64,000 bases of DNA, from NCBI GenBank assembly GCA_903836515.1, contig CAILQW010000051.1:7640-71639 (forward strand). The letters are read 5' to 3'. The position numbers were made by a program, and so were the translations under genes. Of the stretch, positions 48,580 through 57,674 are shown piece by piece. A model generated the notes under the pieces. That model was not told where the DNA came from. It did no database searches and saw only the letters and a list, made by a program, of their open reading frames with translations. How positions within the stretch are numbered: the first letter of the stretch is position 1; each line of letters opens with the position of its first letter. The DNA comes from Candidatus Omnitrophota bacterium. Lineage in GTDB: Bacteria; Omnitrophota; Gorgyraeia; Zapsychrales; Fredricksoniimonadaceae.

Positions 48580-50099
48580 AGGATCCCATGAACCATGTGA
48601 CAGAAAATGAATTCCTTGCTTTTGCGCGCCAGGGTAACCTGGTCCCGGTTTATAAAGAAATTTACGGCGATCTGGAGACCCCGGTGGCCGCGTACATGAA
48701 GCTCTCGGCCAGGGCCAGGTATGCATTTCTCCTCGAATCGGTGGAGGGCGGCGAGAAGCTGGCGCGGTATTCCTTCCTCGCGCGCGATCCGGAGCTGGTC
48801 CTGCGCGCCAAGGGGCGCAAGGCCGGCATCATCCGTTATGTCCGGGGGAAACGCCGGGAGGAAATCCGTACGTTTGAACGCTCGCCGCTTGAACTCGTGC
48901 GGGAGTTGATAAGCCATTATAAATTTGTTAATATACCGGGCCTGCCGCGTTTTAGCGGCGGGTTCGTGGGGTATCTCAGCTATGATACCGTGCGTTTCTT
49001 CGAGAAAGTCCCCTCGCAGAAACCCGACGACCTGGACCTGCCGGATGTGGTGCTCATGATGGCCAAGGACCTTGTGATCTTTGACCACCTGCACCATACG
49101 ATCAAGGTGGTGGCGTGTGTGGAAACAGATGCCGGCGAAAGCCGTGTGTCCCTGCGGGCGAAATACCGTGCGGCCATGGGGCGCATCGATCGTCTGATCG
49201 CGGCCATTTCCAGCCCGTTGCGGTTGCCGCGTCCCAAGCCGTCAGCGCCGCGCCTTTTGAAGGTGCGTTCCAATTGCAAGCCGGGGGCGTATGAGCGGAT
49301 GGTGGCCGCGGCCCAGGAAGAGATCAAGGCCGGGGAGATCATCCAGGTCGTGTTGTCCCAGCGTTTCGAGGTGGATATCACGACGAGCCCGGTGAACATT
49401 TACAGGACATTAAGGACGCTCAATCCCTCCCCGTACATGTATCTGCTGCATATGGAGGGGATGTCCATTGTCGGTTCCTCGCCTGAACTGCTGGTGCGCT
49501 GCGAGAACGGCCTGGTGGAGACGCGTCCGATCGCGGGCACGCGGCCCCGCGGCAAGACGCCGGTCGAAGATGAGGCATTGGCCGTGGAGCTTCTGGCAGA
49601 CCCCAAGGAAGTCGCGGAGCACGTGATGCTCGTGGACCTGGGGCGTAACGATCTGGGGCGGGTCTGCGTGGAGGGCACGGTCAAGGTCACGGATTTCATG
49701 TCCGTGGAAAAATATTCGCATGTCATGCACATCGTTTCGAGTGTGCAGGGCCGGCTTCAGCCAGGGGTTGATGCCATGGCCGCGCTGGAGGCGACATTCC
49801 CGGCGGGGACGCTGTCCGGGGCGCCCAAAATCCGGGCGATGGAGATCATCGAGGCCCTTGAGCCGGCGCGCCGCGGTCCTTACGGCGGATGTGTGGGATA
49901 TATAAGTTTCTCGCAAGATATCGATACTTGTATTACAATACGCACCATTGTGATCACGGGTCGTCCCGGCCATGCCAAAGCGTATGTCCAGTCCGGGGCC
50001 GGTATTGTAGCGGATTCGGATCCGGCGAGCGAGTATAAGGAAACAGTCAACAAGGCAAAAGCGCAGATAAAGGCCCTTGAATTGGCCCACAGGCGCTAA
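48543..50099 (+). CDS. chorismate-utilising enzyme, anthranilate synthase component I-like (TrpE/PabB family)
   Basis: [27 protein letters not shown] chorismate-binding signatures; no adjacent trpG/pabA. Confidence 0.7.
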   Translation: MFKVKAYPRAGLEDPMNHVTENEFLAFARQGNLVPVYKEIYGDLETPVAAYMKLSARARYAFLLESVEGGEKLARYSFLARDPELVLRAKGRKAGIIRYVRGKRREEIRTFERSPLELVRELISHYKFVNIPGLPRFSGGFVGYLSYDTVRFFEKVPSQKPDDLDLPDVVLMMAKDLVIFDHLHHTIKVVACVETDAGESRVSLRAKYRAAMGRIDRLIAAISSPLRLPRPKPSAPRLLKVRSNCKPGAYERMVAAAQEEIKAGEIIQVVLSQRFEVDITTSPVNIYRTLRTLNPSPYMYLLHMEGMSIVGSSPELLVRCENGLVETRPIAGTRPRGKTPVEDEALAVELLADPKEVAEHVMLVDLGRNDLGRVCVEGTVKVTDFMSVEKYSHVMHIVSSVQGRLQPGVDAMAALEATFPAGTLSGAPKIRAMEIIEALEPARRGPYGGCVGYISFSQDIDTCITIRTIVITGRPGHAKAYVQSGAGIVADSDPASEYKETVNKAKAQIKALELAHRR

Positions 50100-50133
50100 C
50101 GCACAGTAAGAACGAAGAAAGGAAACAGGAGCA

Positions 50134-50385
50134 ATGGAAGTCAAGATCAGAATGCAGAGAGCGGGCGATCCGGCCCAGAAGAACACCAACTGGCGCATCG
50201 TTGTCATCAAAAAGTCTGCCGCGCGCGATGGCAGGGTCCTTGAGATCGTGGGGCATTATGACCCCTCCAAGAAGCCGGCAGTTTACAAGATCGATACGGC
50301 CAAGGTTGAAAAGTGGATCAAGACGGGTGCCCGGATGTCCGATACGGTCCGTTCACTCTACAACAAGGCCAGTAAACAGAAATAA
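50134..50385 (+). CDS. rpsP: 30S ribosomal protein S16
   Basis: MEVKIRMQRAGDPAQKNTNWRIVVIKKSAARDGRVLEIVGHYDP. Confidence 0.9.
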   Translation: MEVKIRMQRAGDPAQKNTNWRIVVIKKSAARDGRVLEIVGHYDPSKKPAVYKIDTAKVEKWIKTGARMSDTVRSLYNKASKQK

Positions 50386-50404
50386 CAGCGAAAGGTCGCC
50401 TTTT

Positions 50405-50683
50405 ATGCCGCAGCAGCCTCCCTTGGTCATGCAGTTGGTCCCGATGTTGCTTATTTTCGGGATATTTTATTTTCTGGTCATCCGTCCGGAGAAGAAGAAG
50501 CAGAAAGACCACCTGGAGATGGTCAAGAACCTCCATAAGAACGACGAAGTGGTGACGTCGGGCGGACTGCACGGGGTCGTGGTCAATGTCAAGGATACGA
50601 CCGTTGTCCTGCGGCTGGACGAAAATGTCCGGGTCGAGTTCGAGAAGGATGCGGTCCTGGTCCTTAAAAAGAAGGCCGAGTGA
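50405..50683 (+). CDS. yajC: preprotein translocase subunit YajC
   Basis: LVPMLLIFGIFYFLVIRPEKKKQKDHLEMV...GGLHGVVV. Confidence 0.85.
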   Translation: MPQQPPLVMQLVPMLLIFGIFYFLVIRPEKKKQKDHLEMVKNLHKNDEVVTSGGLHGVVVNVKDTTVVLRLDENVRVEFEKDAVLVLKKKAE

Positions 50684-50750
50684 CGTTAAGGCGTGAGTGA
50701 CGGCGGGCTAATCCCCTGATCGGGGGTAACTTTCTAACAAGAGGGAAGTC

Positions 50751-52952
50751 ATGAGCAAGAATCTTCGCACCCGGTTTCTGATCATTTTTGGTGTTATCGC
50801 CGCCTGCGTGGCGTTTGCGTGGCCCATCCAGAAGCGCATCAACCTTGGCCTTGACCTGAGGGGCGGGATGCACCTGATCCTCAAGGTCGATACCTCCAAA
50901 CTTGCGGACAAGTCCAAGAAAGAGGATGCGGTCCTGCGTGCCATGGAGATCCTGCGTAACCGTATCGACAGCATGGGTGTGGGTGAGACCGCGATCCAGC
51001 GTCAGGGCGAAGACCAGATCCTGGTCCAGCTTCCCGGTGTTACCGACCGCGACAAGGCTGTTGACATGGTCAAGCGCGTGGCTCATCTGGAGTTCAGGCT
51101 GGTCGAGAATGATCCCCTCAAGCTGAAAGATGCGCTGGCAGGCAAGGTTCCGGAAGGCTTTGAACTCAAGGCTACCAAGGGTGACAGCAAGGAATCCGTT
51201 CTGGTGCAGGCCCAGGCCATCATGCAGGGCGATGCCATTTCGGATGCGAAGGTTGATTTTGATTCCCAGACCATGATGCCCAAGATATCCCTGACGTTCA
51301 ACGGGAAGGGCACCAAGGAATTTTCCGATCTCACCAGCCAGCATGTGGGTGAACGCCTGGCCATTGTGATGGACGGCGAGGTGCTTTCCGCCCCGAATAT
51401 CCGCGAGGCTATCACGACCGGCACGGCGGAGATCTCCGGGCAGTTCACCTATGACGAGTCGTCGGTCCTGGCCCTGGCCCTGCGTTCAGGGTCGTTGCCG
51501 GTGCCGATGTTTGTAGAGGAAGAGCGGACGATCGGGCCGCTGTTGGGCAAGGATTCAATCCACGCCGGTATCCGCGCCACGGTGTTCGGATCGCTTTTTG
51601 TGCTGGCGTTCATGATCGTTTATTACTGGATCGGCGGCATGATCGCGTCGCTGGCCTTGATGCTGAATTTGGTCATGATCGTAGGGGCCATGGGTTTTAT
51701 CAATGTCATGATGCCGGGCTCGCAGGTCACGCTCACCCTGCCGGGTATTGCGGGTATAGTGCTGACGCTGGGGATCGCGGTTGACGCCAACGTCCTTATC
51801 AACGAGCGCATCAGGGAAGAGCTTGAGAACGGGCGCACGCTGGCGGCTGCTATTGCCAGCGGTTATGACAGGGCCCTGAGCGCCATCATCGACTCGCATG
51901 TCACATCGCTCATCGCGTCGTTTTTGTTGTTCCAGTTCGGGTCCGGCCCCATCAAGGGGTTTGCCATCACCCTGAGCATCGGTCTGGCGGCGAGTTTGTT
52001 CACGGCGGTCTATATCACGCGCGCCATGTTCGATCATCTTCTGGACAACCGCAAACTCACCACGCTTAAAATGATGCGCCTGTTCAAGCCGACGCACATT
52101 GATTTCGTCAGGCCCATGTATTTCTTCCTTATTCTTTCGGCCGTTGTTACGGCCGTGGGCTTGTTTGCGATCATCTCCAAGAAGGACATGGCCTACGGGA
52201 TCGATTTCGCGGGCGGCCAGGTGCAGGAATACCGTTTCCAGAGAGTTGTTTCCGCCGAGAGCCTGCGCCAGGCCCTTAAGGATGCTGACATCAAGGACGC
52301 GGTGATCCAGCAGTTCGACAAGAACCCTGAAGATGTGATCGTGCGTTCCAGCGAAGATACTGATGCCAAGGTTGTGGCGGCGTTCAGGAAGGAATTCAAG
52401 GACAACAGTTTTCAGACCCTGCGCATTGAAAAGGTCGGTCCGGTGGTGGGCAAGGCCTTGCGTGAACGCGCCCTGTGGGCCATCCTTCTGGCCCTGGCGT
52501 CCATCCTTATTTACGTGGGGATCCGTTTCAAGAATTTCGGGTTTGCCGCGGCGGGTGTCATCGCGCTGGTGCATGACATCCTGGTGGCGCTGGGGTTATC
52601 GGTCATCGCGGGCCGGCAGATCGACCTTCTGGTCGTGACAGCGCTTTTGACCATCGCGGGGTATTCGGTCAATGACACCATTGTCGTGTTCGACCGTGTG
52701 CGCGAGAATTCGGCCAAAAACCGCAAGATGCCCTTGGCGGATGTGATCAATCTGAGCATCAACCAGACGCTGGGTCGGACGGTACTGAGCACGTTTGTCA
52801 CACTTTTGGTGGTTATTGCGCTTTTCCTTTTCGGGGGAGAAGTGCTTAACACGTTCTCGCTGGTCCTGATCATCGGGTTTATCTGCGGCGTGTATTCCAC
52901 GATGTTCATCGTCACCCCGCTTGTCCTTCTGTCCCAGAAGAAGTGGCAGTGA
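50751..52952 (+). CDS. secDF: protein translocase subunit SecDF (fused SecD-SecF)
   Basis: 733 aa; SecD N-terminus and periplasmic domain followed by a second six-TM SecF module in the same ORF. Confidence 0.9.
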   Translation: MSKNLRTRFLIIFGVIAACVAFAWPIQKRINLGLDLRGGMHLILKVDTSKLADKSKKEDAVLRAMEILRNRIDSMGVGETAIQRQGEDQILVQLPGVTDRDKAVDMVKRVAHLEFRLVENDPLKLKDALAGKVPEGFELKATKGDSKESVLVQAQAIMQGDAISDAKVDFDSQTMMPKISLTFNGKGTKEFSDLTSQHVGERLAIVMDGEVLSAPNIREAITTGTAEISGQFTYDESSVLALALRSGSLPVPMFVEEERTIGPLLGKDSIHAGIRATVFGSLFVLAFMIVYYWIGGMIASLALMLNLVMIVGAMGFINVMMPGSQVTLTLPGIAGIVLTLGIAVDANVLINERIREELENGRTLAAAIASGYDRALSAIIDSHVTSLIASFLLFQFGSGPIKGFAITLSIGLAASLFTAVYITRAMFDHLLDNRKLTTLKMMRLFKPTHIDFVRPMYFFLILSAVVTAVGLFAIISKKDMAYGIDFAGGQVQEYRFQRVVSAESLRQALKDADIKDAVIQQFDKNPEDVIVRSSEDTDAKVVAAFRKEFKDNSFQTLRIEKVGPVVGKALRERALWAILLALASILIYVGIRFKNFGFAAAGVIALVHDILVALGLSVIAGRQIDLLVVTALLTIAGYSVNDTIVVFDRVRENSAKNRKMPLADVINLSINQTLGRTVLSTFVTLLVVIALFLFGGEVLNTFSLVLIIGFICGVYSTMFIVTPLVLLSQKKWQ

Positions 52953-52971
52953 TGTAACAGACGTTCCTTTC

Positions 52972-53013
52972 CCCCGGCTGCGGCAGGCGGATCCTGCCGG
53001 AGCCGGGGTTTTC
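52972..53013 (+). terminator. probable rho-independent terminator after secDF
   Basis: GC-rich imperfect hairpin cccggctgcggcagg...cctgccggagccggg followed by gttttc. Confidence 0.5.
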
Positions 53014-53014
53014 A

Positions 53015-54988
53015 TTGGTTCCGTGCATGTTCAAATCCCTCCAATACTTCGTGTCCCAGACCATTGCCCTCGAGAGCCTCGTCCGTGACCTGGCCGGGTT
53101 CGGTTATGTGCGCGTCAAGAGCGTGGCGGCGTCCGGAGAGTTTGCCGTGCGCGGCAGTATCCTTGATGTTTTTCCGGTCAATTTCGATGCCCCGGTGCGC
53201 ATGGATATGGATGATGAACATATCCGTTGTATCTACACGTACAATCTGCTGACCGGCAAGAATATCTGGGAGCATAAGGCCCTGATCCTCTTGCCGGCGC
53301 GTCCGCCCCGTGCCGGGGGCGATGACCGGCCCGCCGCATTCACCGCCGATATCCCGCTCAATCATTTTGTGGATATAGAGCGGGGGGACTATGTTGTCCA
53401 TCATATCCACGGCATCGGCCGGTTTCTGGGTGTCAAGGATCTTGAGGCCGGGGGGGCGGCCCCTCTGGCGCATTTTGTCATTGAATACGAGGGCGGGGAC
53501 AAGCTTTATGTGCCCCGGCACGACCTCCATCTGGTGCAAAAATACATCAGTTTCACCAAGAAGCCGCCGCGTCTTTTCAAGCTGGGCAGCCGGGAATGGG
53601 ACAAGGTCAAGCGCCAGATCGAGAAACGCCTCCAGCACCTGGCCGCGGGACTCCTCCATGTCCAGGCCGTCCGGGAAAGCCTGAAAGGGTTTGCGTTTCC
53701 GCCGGACACCTCCTGGCAGACGGAATTCGAGAAGAAGTTTCCTTTTACAGAAACGCCTGACCAGGCCAAGGCCTCCGCAGAGGTCAAGGCGGATATGGAG
53801 GCGCTTCAGCCCATGGACCGGCTGTTGTGCGGGGATGTGGGGTACGGGAAGACCGAGGTGGCCATGCGTGCGGCCTTCAAGGCCGTGGCGGCGGGCAAAC
53901 AGGTCGCGGTCCTTGTGCCCACGACGGTGCTTGCAGAACAGCATTATTTCAATTTTTCACGCCGGATGCAGGATTTTCCCGTCCGAGTGGGCATGCTGTC
54001 GCGTTTTCGGACAAAAGCCGAACAGGCCGCGATCGTGGCCGGGACCCGGGAAGGTAACGTGGATATCCTTATCGGCACTCACCGGTTGTTGTCCGGGGAT
54101 GTGGGGTTCAAGGACCTGGGCCTTATCATCATTGACGAGGAACAGCGCTTCGGGGTTTCCGCCAAGGAACGCTTGAAGCACATGAAACTGCTCGCGGATG
54201 TGCTGACACTGACCGCGACGCCGATCCCGCGCACGCTGTATATGGCCATGGCCGGGGCCCGCGACATGTCCGTGATCTCAACCCCGCCACAGAACCGTGT
54301 CCCTGTTTCCACCCACATGATTCCTTTCGACGAGGATATCATCGGGGCGGCCATCGACCAGGAACTCAGGCGCGGGGGGCAGGTCTTTTTCCTGCATAAT
54401 CATGTGGAGGACATTGATCCCATCGCCGCCGTGATCCGCCGCCTGGTGCCCCGCGTGCGCCTGGCCGTGGGGCACGGGCAGATGCCCGGCCGGGCGCTCG
54501 AGGAGATCATGTTGAAATTTCTCAAGGGCGAGATTGATTGTTTGGTGTGCACCACTATAATAGAGTCCGGGATCGATATCCCCAATGCCAACACCCTGAT
54601 CGTGAACCGTGCGGACCGTTTCGGGCTTGCGGATCTGCATCAGCTGCGCGGCCGGGTGGGGCGCATGGATGTCAAGGCATACGCGTATTTTATCGTGCCG
54701 GAAAAGGGGCTTCTGTCCGGGGTGGCCCGTCAACGGCTTGAGGCGCTCGCCAAGTTTACAGACCTGGGCGCGGGATTCAATATCGCTTTTGAGGACCTGC
54801 AGATCCGCGGAGCAGGGAACCTTCTGGGCCAGCAGCAACACGGGTATATTTCATCGGTCGGGTTTGATCTTTACTGCCGTCTTCTGCGGGAATCCGTGGA
54901 GAACTTGCGGCGCGAGTTAAAAGAAAAGGAGCTTAAGAATGCGGATGAAATTCATCTGGAGCGTTCTGGTGACACCCATCGTTCTTAG
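53015..54988 (+). CDS. mfd: transcription-repair coupling factor Mfd, short form (657 aa)
   Basis: CarD/TRCF RNAP-interaction domain (GDYVVHHIHGIGRFLGV...EYEGGDKLYVP) plus SF2 translocase (DVGYGKTEVA ... DEEQRFGV ... QLRGRVGR) plus TRG region. The UvrB-homology/UvrA-binding N-terminus (D1a/D2) and the C-terminal D7 domain are both absent, with no room for them (terminator upstream, surA overlaps downstream). Start is TTG 53015 or ATG 53027. Confidence 0.7.
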   Translation: MVPCMFKSLQYFVSQTIALESLVRDLAGFGYVRVKSVAASGEFAVRGSILDVFPVNFDAPVRMDMDDEHIRCIYTYNLLTGKNIWEHKALILLPARPPRAGGDDRPAAFTADIPLNHFVDIERGDYVVHHIHGIGRFLGVKDLEAGGAAPLAHFVIEYEGGDKLYVPRHDLHLVQKYISFTKKPPRLFKLGSREWDKVKRQIEKRLQHLAAGLLHVQAVRESLKGFAFPPDTSWQTEFEKKFPFTETPDQAKASAEVKADMEALQPMDRLLCGDVGYGKTEVAMRAAFKAVAAGKQVAVLVPTTVLAEQHYFNFSRRMQDFPVRVGMLSRFRTKAEQAAIVAGTREGNVDILIGTHRLLSGDVGFKDLGLIIIDEEQRFGVSAKERLKHMKLLADVLTLTATPIPRTLYMAMAGARDMSVISTPPQNRVPVSTHMIPFDEDIIGAAIDQELRRGGQVFFLHNHVEDIDPIAAVIRRLVPRVRLAVGHGQMPGRALEEIMLKFLKGEIDCLVCTTIIESGIDIPNANTLIVNRADRFGLADLHQLRGRVGRMDVKAYAYFIVPEKGLLSGVARQRLEALAKFTDLGAGFNIAFEDLQIRGAGNLLGQQQHGYISSVGFDLYCRLLRESVENLRRELKEKELKNADEIHLERSGDTHRS

Positions 54989-55892
54989 TACGGTGTTCAT
55001 GGCCATGCCGGTGCGTCCGGTGCTGGCGGTTGAGGACGCGATCATTGCGGTTGTGGATGATGATGTGATCACAGCCAAGGATCTGCAGGATTACCTGCGC
55101 GGCATTTATTCCCAGCTGCGCATCGAGGGCCGCACCGATGCCGAAATGCGGGAGATCATGGGCCAGTACCAGTCCAAAGGGGTCAACCAGCTCATCGAGG
55201 ACCGTCTCATCCTGGCGGAAGCCAACCGCCAGGGCATGCAGATCCGCCCCCAGGCGGTGGAAGACCGCATGGGCGAGATCAAGAAGAAGTATCCCTCGAC
55301 ACAGCAATTCTTGAGCGAGATCAACAAGGAAGGCGTGACCATTTCCGATATCCGCAAGAAAGTCGAGGATCAGTTCAAAGCCCGCTATATCGTCACCCGC
55401 GAGGTGCGTGACAAGATCTATGTCAATCCGCAGGAGGTTACGGATTACTACAATGCCAACCTGGACAGCTACCGCAAGCAGGCGCGGGTTTATCTCCAGT
55501 CTATCTGCGTCAAGACCGATTTCAGCCAGGGTGAATCCAATGCCAGGATCCAGGCGGCCCTGGCGAAGCTCAAATCCGGGGCCGATTTTCAATCTGTGGC
55601 GCATGAGTATTCCGAACTCCCGGATATCGGCGAGGTCGCCCTCGACAGCCTGAACCCCGCGTTCAAGGCCGTGGTCGACACCATGAAGACCGGGGCGGTA
55701 TCGGATCCGATCGTCACGGAGGACGGGCTTTATATCCTCAAGCTTGCGGGCCGTTCCGACGGGGTTGATCCGTCGCTTAAAAAGGTGAAGGAAGAGATCT
55801 ACCAGAACCTGTTCGAGAAAAAATTCAAGGACCGCTTCACCACATGGATCGACGGCCTCAGGAAGAAGTCCTATGTCGAGATCAAAAAATAA
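54939..55892 (+). CDS. surA: SurA-family periplasmic chaperone / parvulin-type PPIase
   Basis: signal peptide; SurA N-domain followed by a PpiC-type rotamase domain; conserved surA-pdxA-ksgA order. Confidence 0.7.
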   Translation: MRMKFIWSVLVTPIVLSTVFMAMPVRPVLAVEDAIIAVVDDDVITAKDLQDYLRGIYSQLRIEGRTDAEMREIMGQYQSKGVNQLIEDRLILAEANRQGMQIRPQAVEDRMGEIKKKYPSTQQFLSEINKEGVTISDIRKKVEDQFKARYIVTREVRDKIYVNPQEVTDYYNANLDSYRKQARVYLQSICVKTDFSQGESNARIQAALAKLKSGADFQSVAHEYSELPDIGEVALDSLNPAFKAVVDTMKTGAVSDPIVTEDGLYILKLAGRSDGVDPSLKKVKEEIYQNLFEKKFKDRFTTWIDGLRKKSYVEIKK

Positions 55893-56823
55893 AGTCATTG
55901 CGCTGACCCTGGGCGACCCCTGCGGGGTTGGGCCTGAAGTGACGGCCGCGGCTTTGTCGGCGGTGTGCGCGGACCCGCGTTACACACATGTTGAATTTAT
56001 TGTCATCGGCAACGCAGGGGCCCTGGCACGTTACTGGCCGCGCAAGATCCCGCTTCCGTCCGTTGTCCATCTTTCCGACACCTCCCGCCCCCCGCACAGG
56101 CCCGGACGTCCGACGCCGGACTCGGGGCTTGATTCTTTGTTGTACCTGGAATACGCGGTCAAGCTGCTCAAGGCCGGGACGGTTGACGGCCTGGTGACAG
56201 GCCCTGTGTCCAAGGAGGCGGTGATCGCTTTTCATCCCGGGTTCAAGGGGCATACGACGTTTCTCGCCGATGCGTTCGCGGCGCGGCATGTCGAGATGCT
56301 TTTTGTTGCGGAGGCCTTGCGCGTGGTGCTGGTGACGCGCCATGTTCCGCTTAAGGATGTTGCGGCGTTGGTGACCACGGCCAAGGTCCTTTCGGTGATG
56401 GATACAACGGCCGCTTTTGTGCGTGACCGTCTGGGCGTCCGCAAGCCTAAGATCGCGGTGTGCGGTCTCAATCCTCATGCGGGCGAGGGCGGGCATATGG
56501 GGCGTGAAGAGATTGACCGTATCATCCCGGCCCTTACGCGCGCCCGCAAGGCCGGTTGGAATGTAGCCGGTCCGCTGCCGGCCGATACGCTCTTCGAGCC
56601 GGGGATCAGGCGCGGGTATGACCTGATCGTGGCCATGTACCACGACCAGGCCCTGACCGCGCTCAAGGCCCAGTATTTCAACACGCTCGTTAACGTGACC
56701 GTGGGGCTTCCCTTCATCCGTACATCGCCGGCGCATGGCACGGCCTTTGGCATTGCGGGGAAGGGTGTGGCAGACCCGGGCTCTATGCGCGCGGCCATCA
56801 CGCTGGCCGCAGGCCTCGCGTGA
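55873..56823 (+). CDS. pdxA: 4-hydroxythreonine-4-phosphate dehydrogenase
   Basis: KVIALTLGDPCGVGPEV...GHTTFLA...NPHAGEGGHMG. Confidence 0.9.
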   Translation: MSRSKNKVIALTLGDPCGVGPEVTAAALSAVCADPRYTHVEFIVIGNAGALARYWPRKIPLPSVVHLSDTSRPPHRPGRPTPDSGLDSLLYLEYAVKLLKAGTVDGLVTGPVSKEAVIAFHPGFKGHTTFLADAFAARHVEMLFVAEALRVVLVTRHVPLKDVAALVTTAKVLSVMDTTAAFVRDRLGVRKPKIAVCGLNPHAGEGGHMGREEIDRIIPALTRARKAGWNVAGPLPADTLFEPGIRRGYDLIVAMYHDQALTALKAQYFNTLVNVTVGLPFIRTSPAHGTAFGIAGKGVADPGSMRAAITLAAGLA

Positions 56824-57650
56824 GGAACCTCAGCCGCCCGGTGGACGCATTCGTGCCCAAGAAACGCCTTGGCCAGAATTTTCTTGTCGACCGCAAGGTC
56901 ATCGGGCGGGTGGTTGAGGCGTGTTCCTTGTCCTTGGAGGAGACGATCCTTGAGATCGGTCCCGGGCAGGGAGCCCTGACCCGTGTCATTCTCCCGCACG
57001 TGAAACATGTGGTGGCGGTCGAGACAGATGCGGCGCTGGCCGCGAGGCTCGAGGCGGAGCTGGGAGCGGCAAACGTGACGGTGCACCGGGCCGATATCCT
57101 GAAGTTCGATCTTTCCCTCCTGCCGCACCCGGTCAAGGTGGTGGGGAATATCCCGTATAATATTTCGACCCCGATCATTGCGCGCGCCATTGAGCACAGG
57201 GAGATGTTCACGTCGCTTTTTATCACGGTCCAGTACGAGTTTGGCGCCCGGCTGGTGGCGGTGCCGGGCACAAAGGATTATTCGTCGTTGTCCTGTTTTG
57301 TGCAGATGTTCGCCAGCCCGAAGATCCTCTTTAAGATCAGCCCCGGCGCGTTTGCGCCTGCACCCAAGGTGATGTCGTGTTTCATGCAGGTGGACCTGCG
57401 CCGCGGCAGGCCTGCCGAGGCGGTCGACAGCGAGGCCTGTTTTATCCGGGTCGTGCGCCAGGCGTTTCAACAGCGGCGCAAGAACCTGCTTAACTCCCTG
57501 GCCTTGTTCGGTCCCAAAGACCGGCTCGGAGCGCTGCTTAAAGCCGCGGGGGTCGATCCCCAGGCCAGGGCCGGGGATGTGACCATCGCCCAATACGCAA
57601 GGATCGCCAATGCCTGTACAGCACAAAATTTATCATCGCCTTCCGGATGA
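56820..57650 (+). CDS. rsmA: 16S rRNA (adenine1518/1519-N6)-dimethyltransferase
   Basis: KKRLGQNFLVD...ILEIGPGQGALT...VGNIPYNIS. Confidence 0.9.
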   Translation: MRNLSRPVDAFVPKKRLGQNFLVDRKVIGRVVEACSLSLEETILEIGPGQGALTRVILPHVKHVVAVETDAALAARLEAELGAANVTVHRADILKFDLSLLPHPVKVVGNIPYNISTPIIARAIEHREMFTSLFITVQYEFGARLVAVPGTKDYSSLSCFVQMFASPKILFKISPGAFAPAPKVMSCFMQVDLRRGRPAEAVDSEACFIRVVRQAFQQRRKNLLNSLALFGPKDRLGALLKAAGVDPQARAGDVTIAQYARIANACTAQNLSSPSG

Positions 57651-57674
57651 ACTGAAAGAAAGGCTGGCTGTCTT

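Noticed and set aside
53015-54988. Could this 657-aa helicase be RecG rather than Mfd
   Set aside because: The CarD/TRCF-type RNAP-interaction domain precedes the helicase and a TRG motif is present. RecG has a wedge domain instead and no CarD domain.
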